Shown in pieces: positions 27,253 through 37,580 of a stretch of 64,000 nt of DNA. A model generated the notes under the pieces. It did no database searches, was not told the DNA's origin, and saw nothing but the letters and a program-made list of their open reading frames with translations. Position numbers and translations under genes: made by a program. The stretch is from a virus: positions 13,082-77,081 of the IMG/VR virus record IMGVR_UViG_3300028030_000009; one strand, 5' to 3'. The stretch's first letter is position 1. Each line of letters starts with the position of its first letter.

Positions 27253-28395
27253 TTATTTTTTTGGTATGCTGATTTTCATATATTTTGTCATGTCAGACAG
27301 AACATCAATGCTAAGTTCCACATCGTCTCCGTCATCTTTTGCATAAATATAAATGTCCTCAGAGTCAGTCATAAAGTTTGCTTTTTTCTGGGCTGAGTCA
27401 GAGTCATACAGGTCGGCTGTACCGTCAGTTGGCACGAACACAATATCTGTTTCTTCATCAACATCAACTCTAGTCACACGGATGCCTGAGTCTTCACACA
27501 TTGGTACAGAATACGCCCTGATTCTGAACGGCTCAACCATATTCGCTTTTACTTTTGTTGCCCATATCTCTATTGCATTATCAGCGACATGAGATGTCAA
27601 TGGGCCTTTTTTCTTTATTTCGTATGGCGTAGGTGCTGACCACTCATCCTGCTTCACATAGATTTTGATTCCGTTTATGCAGTCCGGGTCGTCATATTTG
27701 TTCTCACACTCAACAAGAAGATATTCCGTAACCTGCCATGTCTTTGTTATGACATCTATGATGTTTTGGACATCTTTATATTTGAAATCAAGCTCTTCTG
27801 TGAACGGCCTTCCAAATGGAACCCATCCGAAACTCTCTGGGTCGCCGACAAGCATTGCAACCTTTTCGGTGTTTGAAGCATTCTCATAGTAATCATGCTC
27901 GTTTCCTTTGATTGGAATGATTTCTCCATCCAAGTAAAACCATGACGGCCTCCACCACACTGAACTTGCCTGTGTTCTGTATGCCTTGCCGTCACTCGCA
28001 ATAATCCACTCGTCATGCCATTCAGGGTTGTATCCCATATTCTCAAGTAGTTCAAAAAAGCAATTTCCTGTCATGTTCCAATTTCCGAGTAGCACAAGCC
28101 CTTCTTCATGGTATCCAGGCTCTCCGTACTCTTCTGCATAGTCATATACAAATTGATTATCTGTGCTTCCTTGAACACTGTCCATGATTAGCTTATATAC
28201 TGAGTCTTCGAGAGACCAATTTTTTCCAACAGCTTCGATAGCCTTGTCAACAGACAGTTCCTCATCCTCAACAAGCATGTCAATCTTGACTCCGAACATG
28301 CTTTCGATGACGTGTTTTGCCTCATCAATTTCCCCGCGTCCATTCACGCAGTCGAAAAACTCTGATACCCTCTCTTTGTCTGCTTTATTCATCAT
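27253..28395 (-). CDS. Acidic hypothetical protein (YAEEYGEPGY...GNWN)
   Basis: 380-aa ORF. Confidence 0.85.
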   Translation of the reverse strand: MMNKADKERVSEFFDCVNGRGEIDEAKHVIESMFGVKIDMLVEDEELSVDKAIEAVGKNWSLEDSVYKLIMDSVQGSTDNQFVYDYAEEYGEPGYHEEGLVLLGNWNMTGNCFFELLENMGYNPEWHDEWIIASDGKAYRTQASSVWWRPSWFYLDGEIIPIKGNEHDYYENASNTEKVAMLVGDPESFGWVPFGRPFTEELDFKYKDVQNIIDVITKTWQVTEYLLVECENKYDDPDCINGIKIYVKQDEWSAPTPYEIKKKGPLTSHVADNAIEIWATKVKANMVEPFRIRAYSVPMCEDSGIRVTRVDVDEETDIVFVPTDGTADLYDSDSAQKKANFMTDSEDIYIYAKDDGDDVELSIDVLSDMTKYMKISIPKK

Positions 28396-28939
28396 ACGCT
28401 CCGTTTCTTGCTTCTATTGCTTCTTCAAGCGCAACTTCACCGATTACCATTTCTGCTATTTCTTTGTCTTTTTCTGAGATACAATCTGCTTCTGCAAGAT
28501 ATGTCTCTACAATATACGGGTCCCAGTATTCGACATTGTCATATCTTTCGAGAATATCATTGGTTAGAACTTCTGACAGTCCTCCTTCGCTATTTTCGCA
28601 AACTCCAACAAGGTCGCACATGTCAACCTCACCATCTTCGACGGCAACATCAAGTAGCTTGTCAGAATATTCAGTAAGTAGCATTCCTATGTTTTCGATG
28701 CACTGCTCCTCCTCTATTTCTTGCGCACTAGCACCTTTCAGGTACAAGAACTCTACATCATAATCAATGTCTGTGTACGGAACAGCTCCAGCAAAGTCAT
28801 CATCATAATGTGCAATCGAGCCAGTAATAATAGCGCGCGTCGCACAGGACGGCATGATATGTTTATTTAGTTCATAAGAAACTGATTCTGCACATTCTCC
28901 TGTTACCGTGATAGTAAATGTCCCACTTTTTACACTCAT
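28385..28939 (-). CDS. Acidic hypothetical protein
   Basis: RBS AGGAGG. Confidence 0.8.
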   Translation of the reverse strand: MSVKSGTFTITVTGECAESVSYELNKHIMPSCATRAIITGSIAHYDDDFAGAVPYTDIDYDVEFLYLKGASAQEIEEEQCIENIGMLLTEYSDKLLDVAVEDGEVDMCDLVGVCENSEGGLSEVLTNDILERYDNVEYWDPYIVETYLAEADCISEKDKEIAEMVIGEVALEEAIEARNGAYDE

Positions 28940-28950
28940 GCTATCCTCCT

Positions 28951-29277
28951 CTACCAGTTAAATTTTTCTAAAAACGACACCTCGTCTGCACAGCCCCTAA
29001 TCACGAGCCATCTAACCCCCATATCAAAGAACGCATACCGGCACAGCTTGATAAAGGCATCACTCATTCCTATCTTAGGAGCATTTTCCAGTATAAGCTC
29101 CATGTCGTTATATAGGATGAAACCTGTATCAATCATGCTGAGCACAGGAAGCCTAAAATCCATTCCAGTAGCATCAAGCTCTAGTTTATTTGCGTCCTGC
29201 TCTGTTATATGGGCAGTGCTTACATCTAGAAATGTATTTATTGCGCTCACGGCTAATCCTCCTCGTACATCAAGCAT
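28951..29277 (-). CDS. Conserved phage protein (LDVSTAHIT motif)
   Basis: LDxSTAH motif; true start may be the GTG at 29250. Confidence 0.7.
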   Translation of the reverse strand: MLDVRGGLAVSAINTFLDVSTAHITEQDANKLELDATGMDFRLPVLSMIDTGFILYNDMELILENAPKIGMSDAFIKLCRYAFFDMGVRWLVIRGCADEVSFLEKFNW

Positions 29278-29582
29278 ATACTTCCATCTCCCTCAAGAAC
29301 AGACACATAAAACCTATTGTCATCGAGTTCTTCGCTGGCAATGTCGGAAAGTTTGTCCATAAGCTCATTGACCATTATGTCCTTGCCTTCAAAATCCAGG
29401 CTCCTGAACTCTTCAAGCTTTTCATGGAAGTATTCCTCAACAAAAATTTCATCCATATACACGCCATGATGCGAATCAACGAGCGTATCAACCACAATCG
29501 GCATTCCATCGACATACCACTTCTCGTTTTTAACGTCGTTTATTGTCTTGAAATACCTATCTTTATTTTGAATGAAAAACAT
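29253..29582 (-). CDS. Hypothetical protein (DSHHGVY)
   Basis: RBS AAGGA. Confidence 0.7.
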   Translation of the reverse strand: MFFIQNKDRYFKTINDVKNEKWYVDGMPIVVDTLVDSHHGVYMDEIFVEEYFHEKLEEFRSLDFEGKDIMVNELMDKLSDIASEELDDNRFYVSVLEGDGSICLMYEED

Positions 29583-29601
29583 TCTTTGCCATCCTTTCTT
29601 T

Positions 29602-29793
29602 TTAGTCTATTGCCAGGAAGTTGTTGTGACCATTTCTTGTGCATGCCGTTGATTTTACATAATCAACGTTTTTTGACGCAGCTTTTTTGTCACCAACCTC
29701 AGCAAGTCTCTCTTTGTGCTTTTTGTACCGCAGGCATGTGTCTTTGATAGAGCATCTATAGCCAGTACAGTACACAAACTTAACAATCTCCAT
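29602..29793 (-). CDS. Small Cys-rich protein, paralog of 61556-61777
   Basis: CxGxxCxxxxxCxRY...CxRNG. Confidence 0.7.
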   Translation of the reverse strand: MEIVKFVYCTGYRCSIKDTCLRYKKHKERLAEVGDKKAASKNVDYVKSTACTRNGHNNFLAID

Positions 29794-30139
29794 CGGCTCC
29801 TCCTGTTGCAGCAAAATATTCGTCAAGCCCATGCTTTTCTAGCACAGAGCTGCATGCGTCCATTAAGTCCTTTATGACATCTTCTGTCTTAATTCCCTTC
29901 TTCTTCGCATCAGCATCCATTTCTGAAAGCAGCTCCTCGTTGAAATCCCTTGCATTCACAAGTGTACTCAACTTATAGCTGTCAACATCAACCATCTGCT
30001 TCTCAAGCATCTTTGCGATTTCTGATTTCGCTTTCTCCTTTTTTGCTGATGTGGCAACATAATATGGAAGAAACATCCAATACACAGGTGAATCTCCATA
30101 TAGGCTATAACTGTCCTTTAATCTCTTCTTCGGATTCAT
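29780..30139 (-). CDS. Hypothetical protein
   Basis: ORF in operon. Confidence 0.7.
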   Translation of the reverse strand: MNPKKRLKDSYSLYGDSPVYWMFLPYYVATSAKKEKAKSEIAKMLEKQMVDVDSYKLSTLVNARDFNEELLSEMDADAKKKGIKTEDVIKDLMDACSSVLEKHGLDEYFAATGGADGDC

Positions 30140-30819
30140 TATCGCGCCTTTTCTTCCTCTACGTACTTGTTGTACTCTCTATACTTTTCTTCTAGTGCCT
30201 TGTACAGGTCGTCTTCGAATGTCTGAGAAATTTCAAGATTCGCTGCCGCCTCCTGTGCATATACATTGTCCTCTTTGCCAAACCACAACTTGGAATAGAA
30301 TCCCTCCTTGTAGCCATTCTTCTGGCGAAACTCATTGAGTACATTTTTTGCAAAATATGCTTTATACACATCCTCGTATGACATGCCAAGCATTTTTGCG
30401 AGCGCCATAACTTTCAAATAGATATCAACTGTTTGTGCGTCAGATGTTTTTCCTGCCGTAAATGTCATCAGGATGATTTCGTCAATAGTATCCTCAATCT
30501 TCTCAACGAGGATATCATCAGAGTATGGATACTCCTGGCGCATAGCATCACGAACTCTTTCGTCAATCCAATCCCACATGAAATACTCTTCCTGGAGCAG
30601 AATCGACATTGCAAAGTGGACCATGTCAACAGCCTCAACTCGAAGGTTTTCTTTGTCAAGCTCTCCACTCTTCCACCACTTCCATGGAGTTGAATCCATT
30701 GCTTCTGATGCTTCTTGGCGAAGCGCTCGTCTAAAATTTAGCCCCTTGTTTTTCCATCCTTTAACTGTGAGCTCGTTCAGATTGTCCTGCTTTTCTGCAA
30801 TTTTCTTTGTGAGGTTCAT
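30139..30819 (-). CDS. dut: Dimeric all-alpha dUTPase (Campylobacter-type)
   Basis: QDNLN, EASEAMDSTPWKWWK, VEAVDMVHF and KNVLNEFRQKNGYKEG motifs. Confidence 0.93.
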   Translation of the reverse strand: MNLTKKIAEKQDNLNELTVKGWKNKGLNFRRALRQEASEAMDSTPWKWWKSGELDKENLRVEAVDMVHFAMSILLQEEYFMWDWIDERVRDAMRQEYPYSDDILVEKIEDTIDEIILMTFTAGKTSDAQTVDIYLKVMALAKMLGMSYEDVYKAYFAKNVLNEFRQKNGYKEGFYSKLWFGKEDNVYAQEAAANLEISQTFEDDLYKALEEKYREYNKYVEEEKAR

Positions 30820-31051
30820 AGTTGTTCCTTTTTTGTGTTTTTGTATTTAATAGTGTAAAGATTGTCTCTATCGATTTCGACAAATCTCGTCACTTGCCAT
30901 TGCATCGATTACTTTTCTCTCAAACCATACTATCGCATCAGAGTAAGAAGAGAACTCTCTTGACTCATTAGCGACAACAGCTATCCACCCGTGTCCGTCA
31001 TCATGTATTACAAGCTTCAACTCCGCAACAACACCGTTTATGATGATGTGC

Positions 31052-31309
31052 TTAACTGTTTCCATCTTCTCCTCCAAGGTATTTGCCAAGCATAGGGTAC
31101 TTTTCATCAGTTGCTACAACCCACCCATATGCTACTGCGTTTTCAAATCCGACTACACTTTTTTCTCCGCAACATGAGCATTGATAATTTACAGCATCGG
31201 GCTCACACGGACCTTCCTCTATATGCCCACACTCAATACAGTACCCCATTGAGTGCTCAAGATACTTGTCAACAAGTTTCCTGTTTACCATTACACCATC
31301 TACTACCAT
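31052..31309 (-). CDS. Zinc-finger phage protein
   Basis: GYCIECG...CEPDA...CSCCG. Confidence 0.75.
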   Translation of the reverse strand: MVVDGVMVNRKLVDKYLEHSMGYCIECGHIEEGPCEPDAVNYQCSCCGEKSVVGFENAVAYGWVVATDEKYPMLGKYLGGEDGNS

Positions 31310-31632
31310 CAGAGCTCCTCAATTCCCAAAATTTCCATCGCCTGCTTCATATGCTCATCTGTAAGCTCGATATCCTCAGGGATGCCATATAGCCACTCTT
31401 CAAGCTGTTTCATTTCTTTGTCACCAAACCACTCTGCCGTATCAATTTCAATTTCATCGTCAGTATAGTCGTCAATACCATATATCGTGCTAGGGATATC
31501 GCCGGACATGGTGATTGTGTTCCACAGCAGCTCGAAGACCTCTTCGTCGTCAGCGATAAGCTCGCATTCGTTTACATATCCAAGGTGGGGCTCACCTGGA
31601 ATAGTCATATACTTTTCGCACTTAAGATACAT
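31309..31632 (-). CDS. Acidic hypothetical protein
   Basis: ORF in operon. Confidence 0.7.
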   Translation of the reverse strand: MYLKCEKYMTIPGEPHLGYVNECELIADDEEVFELLWNTITMSGDIPSTIYGIDDYTDDEIEIDTAEWFGDKEMKQLEEWLYGIPEDIELTDEHMKQAMEILGIEEL

Positions 31633-31921
31633 TCTCTTTCCTTTTTTTATTTTCAGAAATTGCAGCAGCGTATAGCTTCAATTGGCGTTGCAGCTCTTTG
31701 TGCTTGTCCATTATTCGCTGAAGCATTCGCTCTGTGTCGTATACAAATTCCACAGACTTCATTACTTCTTTTGCGTCATTACTCTGAACCCATCCGGCAA
31801 CACCATCAACATACAGGTCTCCATTTATGTCAAACCAGAAGCAATCTCCTTCTTGTATTGTCCCACAGTCGCTGCCTTTAAGCGCTATTTTTGGCGCCGA
31901 CATTAGGCTTACTGCGTTCAT
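31622..31921 (-). CDS. Hypothetical protein
   Basis: ATGA overlap. Confidence 0.7.
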   Translation of the reverse strand: MNAVSLMSAPKIALKGSDCGTIQEGDCFWFDINGDLYVDGVAGWVQSNDAKEVMKSVEFVYDTERMLQRIMDKHKELQRQLKLYAAAISENKKRKENVS

Positions 31922-32199
31922 TTTGACCCCCTAAGGAAATAGTCTGAGATTTCCGGCCTAGGAATATGTGGAGTTGATGTTACAAGATGTGACATTGGCA
32001 TTGCAACAACCACCGAGCAAAGTTCGACATCATCAAGGCTTCTGCCGGAAAATACCTCAGAGTCATATACATACTCTCCGGTATCCTCGTCCTCATAAAT
32101 CGCATGAACTTCGCTGTCAACATAAGGAGTGTCCTTTATAAGAACAACATAGCCCATGTCAAAATACAGCTCAAGGGCCTTTGCTTCTTTTCTTGTCAT
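31918..32199 (-). CDS. Hypothetical protein
   Basis: RBS AAGGAG. Confidence 0.7.
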   Translation of the reverse strand: MTRKEAKALELYFDMGYVVLIKDTPYVDSEVHAIYEDEDTGEYVYDSEVFSGRSLDDVELCSVVVAMPMSHLVTSTPHIPRPEISDYFLRGSK

Positions 32200-32208
32200 A
32201 CTCTCTCC

Positions 32209-32679
32209 TTACCAACTTGAATGATATTCCCACTCTGCGTAGAACCCGTCTGGTACACTATCAGCCCATTCGAACTCCTCCTCAAGTTTTTTCTTAGTGT
32301 ATTCAAGGTCATCCCAATAGTATTCATCGTACTCAGTGTCTCCAAAAAAGAATCCGGCTTGGGTTGGAAGCAACTCTTCAGCAGTTTCTTCCGAGCGACT
32401 CTCAAGAACCTTTTTAACTGTTTTGTATAGCTCCTCAAGCGCCTCCCTAGGCACATAATATGTTCCACAATTGTCCTCTCCGTCCTGAATGTTATCGACG
32501 AACCACTTGTGGATTTGATTCGATTTTCTCCAGTAGATTCCCTCGATTACAACATATGACACATTGTTGCACTCAAATTCGTTGCCGTCAATTTTAAACT
32601 TGCACCCGCCTTCTACACCTCTATGGTCGTACTGCTGTCCTACAAACACCTTCCTATTCAAAAACATATCAAGTCCCAT
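32209..32679 (-). CDS. Conserved phage protein (MGLDM...YWRKxNxIHxWF...GFFFG...SSW)
   Basis: Well-conserved motif set. Confidence 0.85.
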   Translation of the reverse strand: MGLDMFLNRKVFVGQQYDHRGVEGGCKFKIDGNEFECNNVSYVVIEGIYWRKSNQIHKWFVDNIQDGEDNCGTYYVPREALEELYKTVKKVLESRSEETAEELLPTQAGFFFGDTEYDEYYWDDLEYTKKKLEEEFEWADSVPDGFYAEWEYHSSW

Positions 32680-33142
32680 TTTCATCTCCTTCTATTTTGT
32701 TGTATTTTCTGCCAGAAATACTTTGTATAGGCCTTCTGCATCTGCAAAGGCAACTCCACCATGTTCACATTCAAGCTGGGCACAAATGCGATTTCCATCA
32801 CACTCATACACAGCTGTTACTGTCATTTTTTCTCCAGAAAGCAAGTCATAGAAGCTTTCACACGTTATTGTGTCAGCAATCTCTATCAGCTTGTTCATCT
32901 TTCTTTCTCTCGCAAGCGCTCTCCATGCGTAGCAATTTTAACCACATCAATCATTTCTCGCTCAATAAGCTCTTTTGTTGCCTCCATGGTGTCAGCAAGC
33001 TCATCGTATCCTACGTCTTCTAATGGCTCCCAGACGATTGTTTTTTCAGGCTCATTCATGAAGTCATCGTATGTTCCATCGCTCAGGTAGCAGCCTGCTG
33101 CAAGTCTTTTTGCTTTTTCTTTGATTATGTATTTCAAGTCGT

Positions 33143-34522
33143 TCATTGCTTACCTCCTTCATATTTTACATTCGCAGAAACAAGTGCCTTGGCAACCTGA
33201 GGAACAACACTGTTTCCACACATCCGAACTTGTGCGCTTCTCGTGAGCTTTCTCCCGCGAGGGTTTCCAGTCTTTGAATCATACACATTATCTATCGCAT
33301 ACGAATCAGGGAAACCTTGCGCCCTAAATAGTTCCCTAGGTGTGAACATCCTCATGCACACATCTGTAATAACGTAATCGTCACCATTTACATTTACCAC
33401 TCCGAACCGCTCTTTTGTTGTAACTGTGTGCAATGGAGAATCAACTGGATGGGACGTTCCGTTCCCATAATATTTCATCAGGAATGTTCTAACCTCTCCA
33501 TGATGAGAGCCGCTGCTTGTAATTGTGTGCATTGGCTCATCCATCTTTGAGCCATAGTTGTTGTTTCTCATTTTCACAACATGGCTTAGTACAAGTTGTT
33601 GCTGGCTTCCAGTCCTGGTTACTGTTGACATTGGCGTGTCAACCGCCCTGCCGACATTTCCAAGGTTGTGCTGCGCAACAAACAATGCAGCCTTGTCAAC
33701 ATGCATAGAATTGCATTCAACCGGTGCTACAAATGGCTTATCATTATCAATTACAAATTTTCTTATCCCTGTTGCTATTCTGTGCATTGTCTTCTCTGCG
33801 AGCGGTCGCTTGACACCGTACTGCTTTCCCTCTTCCTTGCTCAGAAAAATTGAGTATGCTGGTGTGTCCCAATCAATGCAGTCAGCAGCAGTTTTCCATG
33901 GAAGTCTATCTGGATATTTTCTTGGGTCTCCATGCGTCGGCTCTGGCCAAACGATTGGCTTTCCATCACATCTGGCCACCATGAATAATCGCTTTCTTGT
34001 AGTTGGCGCGCCATAGTCCGACGCTACGAGCTCTTTCCATTCGACCTTGTACCCTATATGCTCAAGCTCTTTTACAAAAATATTGAACGTCATGCCAGCC
34101 TTGTCTTTGATTGGCATTCCGTTATCGTCAAGAGGCCCCCATGTCTGGAACTCTTCGACGTTTTCAAGGATAATCACATCTGGCCTAACATCGTTAGCCC
34201 ACCTTACTGCAACCCATGCAAGGCTTCTTATATTGCAGTCTAGAGGCTTCCCGCCTTTTGCTTTTGAGAAATGCTTACAATCCGGCGAGAGCCATAGCAA
34301 TGCTACACCATGTCTAACAGCACCGCATACCTTCTTTGGGTCAACGTCAAATACATCCTCTTTGTAGTGAATCGTGTTCCTGTGGTTAGCAGCATGCATA
34401 GCAATTGCTTCATCGTCATGGTTGACCGCAATATCTGGAGACACTCCAAGAGCCCACTCTATCCCAAGGCTTGCGCCACCTCCTCCAGCAAATAGGTCAA
34501 CTATTAATTTACCGTTAAACAC
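33143..34522 (-). CDS. dcm: DNA (cytosine-5)-methyltransferase
   Basis: DLFAGGGG (motif I), SPDC (IV), ENV (VI), RKRLF (VIII), RAQGF, GNSV; repeated PxxTVT TRD units. Confidence 0.96.
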   Translation of the reverse strand: MFNGKLIVDLFAGGGGASLGIEWALGVSPDIAVNHDDEAIAMHAANHRNTIHYKEDVFDVDPKKVCGAVRHGVALLWLSPDCKHFSKAKGGKPLDCNIRSLAWVAVRWANDVRPDVIILENVEEFQTWGPLDDNGMPIKDKAGMTFNIFVKELEHIGYKVEWKELVASDYGAPTTRKRLFMVARCDGKPIVWPEPTHGDPRKYPDRLPWKTAADCIDWDTPAYSIFLSKEEGKQYGVKRPLAEKTMHRIATGIRKFVIDNDKPFVAPVECNSMHVDKAALFVAQHNLGNVGRAVDTPMSTVTRTGSQQQLVLSHVVKMRNNNYGSKMDEPMHTITSSGSHHGEVRTFLMKYYGNGTSHPVDSPLHTVTTKERFGVVNVNGDDYVITDVCMRMFTPRELFRAQGFPDSYAIDNVYDSKTGNPRGRKLTRSAQVRMCGNSVVPQVAKALVSANVKYEGGKQ

Positions 34523-34531
34523 GCTTCCTCC

Positions 34532-35659
34532 TTACCATCCGACACCAAAAGGCCCTGACTTTGCAAGTTCTGCCAATCCTTTGATGTCGTCATCTATTGA
34601 TTTTTCGAGGTCACTAATAGACCCTGCATCTCCTGCTTCCGAGCTTTTAGGCTCACCTGTTTTGTAGAATGGGTCAAACTTGATAACCTTTAAGCCCAAA
34701 TCTTTTGCAGCATCCATCACAGCTTTTCTTACATCGTCAAGCGGCAACGAATGGCATCCGATTTTCAGCTTTCTGCTGCTAAAGCCTCCGTATACATACC
34801 CTCCAATATTGGCGCCTGGCTTAATCTTTCCGAGGCCTATTGCGTTGTATGCCATTACAGCTGTATCTGCCTTGACATAAAGTCCGCTCGTTGCCTCTAT
34901 CTTCCCATTCCTGTATCTTACACGCTTCTCTTCCATGACATCGGTATAGAGTTTTACGTCTTCTCCATTGAGCCATTTCTGAAGATATTTCTTGTTGTGC
35001 TCACGCTTCTTTTTGCTTGATGTGCTTGCTGCAAGATATCTATCTTCTGGAAATTGAGACTTTATTTTTTCTATGAATTCTTTTGATGCCTCTGTTATGC
35101 TTGTTCCCATCTCTTTCTTGAAGAAAGACTTGAACCGCCTGCATTCTTTATGCCTTCCAAGCTTGAAATATTTAAAATAGTATGCGCTCTCAAGCAGCGT
35201 GTCTTCTGCTAGTCTTTTCCAGCGTGTAAAAGAACTGTTTTTCCTTGCACGCAACGCCTTCAGAGCATATTTGTTGTATTTTTTCTTGAACCACTCAATA
35301 TTCTTGCAATGCGTACTTAGCGGCCAGTCATCATCGTGGAAGTCTAGCTCAATGACATGCATTACTGGCAGGTGTGACGCAGCAGACTCAACAGCCCATT
35401 TGTGTTTCTTTGTAGTGTTTGAGTAGTCAATATCGGTTATGAAAACGGCTGGTCCGTGTTTCTTCTTCATGGGCTCCATCATTACCGCAATCGGTGTGTT
35501 GTATGAGCTCACATAATTTCCAGTTACGCTCATTCTGCCTCCAGCAGTTGACCTGAACCCATAATTGTAAATCCACCAGTGCGCTAGCCCACTGTAGTCA
35601 TACGAGCCGACTCCTATGTTTTTGTTTTCTCTTTCTTTTATGCTCATGCATTGCTCCAT
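34532..35659 (-). CDS. Basic hypothetical protein (SYNTPIA...YSNTTKKH...IGCH)
   Basis: 375-aa ORF. Confidence 0.8.
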   Translation of the reverse strand: MEQCMSIKERENKNIGVGSYDYSGLAHWWIYNYGFRSTAGGRMSVTGNYVSSYNTPIAVMMEPMKKKHGPAVFITDIDYSNTTKKHKWAVESAASHLPVMHVIELDFHDDDWPLSTHCKNIEWFKKKYNKYALKALRARKNSSFTRWKRLAEDTLLESAYYFKYFKLGRHKECRRFKSFFKKEMGTSITEASKEFIEKIKSQFPEDRYLAASTSSKKKREHNKKYLQKWLNGEDVKLYTDVMEEKRVRYRNGKIEATSGLYVKADTAVMAYNAIGLGKIKPGANIGGYVYGGFSSRKLKIGCHSLPLDDVRKAVMDAAKDLGLKVIKFDPFYKTGEPKSSEAGDAGSISDLEKSIDDDIKGLAELAKSGPFGVGW

Positions 35660-35884
35660 TTAGTTGATTTCAACATAGTCAATATCTGCAGACTTTAACT
35701 GCTCCATAGTCTTGACATCTTCTTCGTCCCCGTATACCTTAACCATGGCTTCTAGCCCATTGTCAACAACGAACTGCGCTCCATAATCAGACGGGTTTAC
35801 CATTGATGGCTCAAGCTCTTCGGCAATCTTTTCTTTTAGTCGCTGTGAAAATGGCGGTTCATATGCAACTTTGAAAATTGTCAT
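35660..35884 (-). CDS. Small hypothetical protein
   Basis: RBS AGGAGG. Confidence 0.7.
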   Translation of the reverse strand: MTIFKVAYEPPFSQRLKEKIAEELEPSMVNPSDYGAQFVVDNGLEAMVKVYGDEEDVKTMEQLKSADIDYVEIN

Positions 35885-35885
35885 G

Positions 35886-36527
35886 TCACCCTCCTATTTT
35901 TTTTAGTTCGCTGATAATGTCTTTCCCCGTTCTTCTTCTGCAAACAAGTCGTGCATAGTTTGCGAGGTCGAGCCATGTATCAGTGTTTGCTGTGCTGGTG
36001 TCCGTGACACTTCTTGTAACCTTAAGCATAAGTATTGTGTATTCAGTAACCTGCTTGCTGGTGAGACCAACACCGTGAGTCTTCGTCTTAAGCTCATCCA
36101 GCACGTCAACAATTGCAGAAATTGCATCAACCTGGTCCTCAAATTTTCCATAGATTTTCTCTTTATTTTCAATCAAATCATCAATTTTGTTCTCGTCATC
36201 ATCCTCAGCCTCGTAGCATTCTGTTGCAACAATGTCCAGCTTTTTTCGCTCGCGCTCCTCCACCATTTCAAGGCTAAGCCCATCTCTGTCAACTACATAT
36301 TTTCCAAATACTCCTGGTTCATCTGCCAGGTATACAACAATCAAAGCCGAATCATTTCCGGCTCCGCTTTCGTTAAACTCCCCGGCCTCAACAGCAACCA
36401 TTTCTTTGAACTCGTTTTTTGCCCTTGCTGCAGCCATGTCACACGAGCAGGCAGATACAAATGTCTCGTAATACAAAGGTGTGCCGTTGATTCCCATTGC
36501 GACAAAAAATGTCTTTTCACTCATCAT
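35886..36527 (-). CDS. Protein with a C-terminal DUF6378-like all-alpha nucleotide-metabolism domain
   Basis: EKIYGKF...MLKVTR...DTWLDLANYARL. Confidence 0.7.
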   Translation of the reverse strand: MMSEKTFFVAMGINGTPLYYETFVSACSCDMAAARAKNEFKEMVAVEAGEFNESGAGNDSALIVVYLADEPGVFGKYVVDRDGLSLEMVEERERKKLDIVATECYEAEDDDENKIDDLIENKEKIYGKFEDQVDAISAIVDVLDELKTKTHGVGLTSKQVTEYTILMLKVTRSVTDTSTANTDTWLDLANYARLVCRRRTGKDIISELKKIGG

Positions 36528-36687
36528 CTTCCTCCTCAACGCTTAGTGCGCATGTGCTTATGTTCATAGAAACAATATCTTCTGCCTCAACCTCTGCTTC
36601 ATCTTTGTTCTCTGCTATAACCTCTACAGGAACAACGAACGACGCATCTCTAAATCTGATTTCAACATCAACGTTAAACGTTTTCAC
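36517..36687 (-). CDS. DpnD/PcfM-like small protein
   Basis: VEVIAENKDEAE. Confidence 0.6.
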   Translation of the reverse strand: MKTFNVDVEIRFRDASFVVPVEVIAENKDEAEVEAEDIVSMNISTCALSVEEEDDE

Positions 36688-36865
36688 TCTTATACTCCCA
36701 TCTTCCAACTTTTTTTGCACTACTAGGCCTAACCCTGATATTCTTCTTTACAAGCTTCTTTGCAAGCTTCTTTGCTTCTTCCTCACTCTCAGCAGCAATA
36801 TCAACAATTACAACCATCAAGTTAGTCTCAGTAGAGACAACCACATCAACCTTGTACTGATTCAT
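36674..36865 (-). CDS. DpnD/PcfM-like small protein
   Basis: YKV...DIAAESEEEAKK. Confidence 0.65.
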   Translation of the reverse strand: MNQYKVDVVVSTETNLMVVIVDIAAESEEEAKKLAKKLVKKNIRVRPSSAKKVGRWEYKSENV

Positions 36866-37092
36866 TGATTTTCCTCCTTGAACTCTTCATTGTAATGTTC
36901 CATATAGAGATTTTGTGCAGCGGAAAGTATTTCGTCCTTTCCGTCTTCGTCAATATTTCCAAATATGTCAAGCACAATGTCTGCTGCAGTTGTTTCATCA
37001 TGTATTTTTCTTACTTCATCTGCAGCCGCCTCAAGCAAATCTGTCCACGGTAACGAGACCATTATTGTTAGCAGTTTTTCTGACTTACTCAT
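36862..37092 (-). CDS. Hypothetical protein
   Basis: RBS AAGGAG. Confidence 0.7.
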   Translation of the reverse strand: MSKSEKLLTIMVSLPWTDLLEAAADEVRKIHDETTAADIVLDIFGNIDEDGKDEILSAAQNLYMEHYNEEFKEENQ

Positions 37093-37580
37093 CACTTCTC
37101 CTTTAAGATATTTGACATACACCACGCGCACACAAATGATTCCGACAGTGGGTCCATTTTTTCTTTGGCTTTTCCGCTGCCTATAAGCTCAAGCTCGTCA
37201 ATCCTATCTTGTGTGAGCTTTCTGTCTGAAATGGCACCACAGTTTGAGCATACAACACCAACGATGCCACCATCTCTATAAGCAATTCTTGCCGTATAGC
37301 TTGTTGCATTTGCGGCTCCATAGTCCCTTGAAGAGAACAAGTCGCTCTTCATACCTCTTTTTATCGCCATCTTTTTTATAAACATTAAGTGGCGAAGGAA
37401 GTCTTTCGGCTCAATATCTCTTATGCTAACTGGTTCACCACTCACATCAGTTGGGAAGTCTGGGTCTATTTTTTTCACATAAGAGCTGAACTCTTTTTGC
37501 TTTACCCACGGGTATTGCTCGGTTCTTATCTCTTCTAGAAGCTTCCTGTAGAATTTGTTTTGCTTTTCAGTTATCTTCAC
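37092..37580 (-). CDS. Hypothetical protein with a C-terminal zinc finger
   Basis: CSNC...CAWC. Confidence 0.7.
   Translation of the reverse strand: MKITEKQNKFYRKLLEEIRTEQYPWVKQKEFSSYVKKIDPDFPTDVSGEPVSIRDIEPKDFLRHLMFIKKMAIKRGMKSDLFSSRDYGAANATSYTARIAYRDGGIVGVVCSNCGAISDRKLTQDRIDELELIGSGKAKEKMDPLSESFVCAWCMSNILKEK

Noticed and set aside
27253-27262. A AAA AAA before the stop of 27253-28395
   Set aside because: The next gene has its own strong RBS and there is no stimulatory stem; A-runs are common in this genome.
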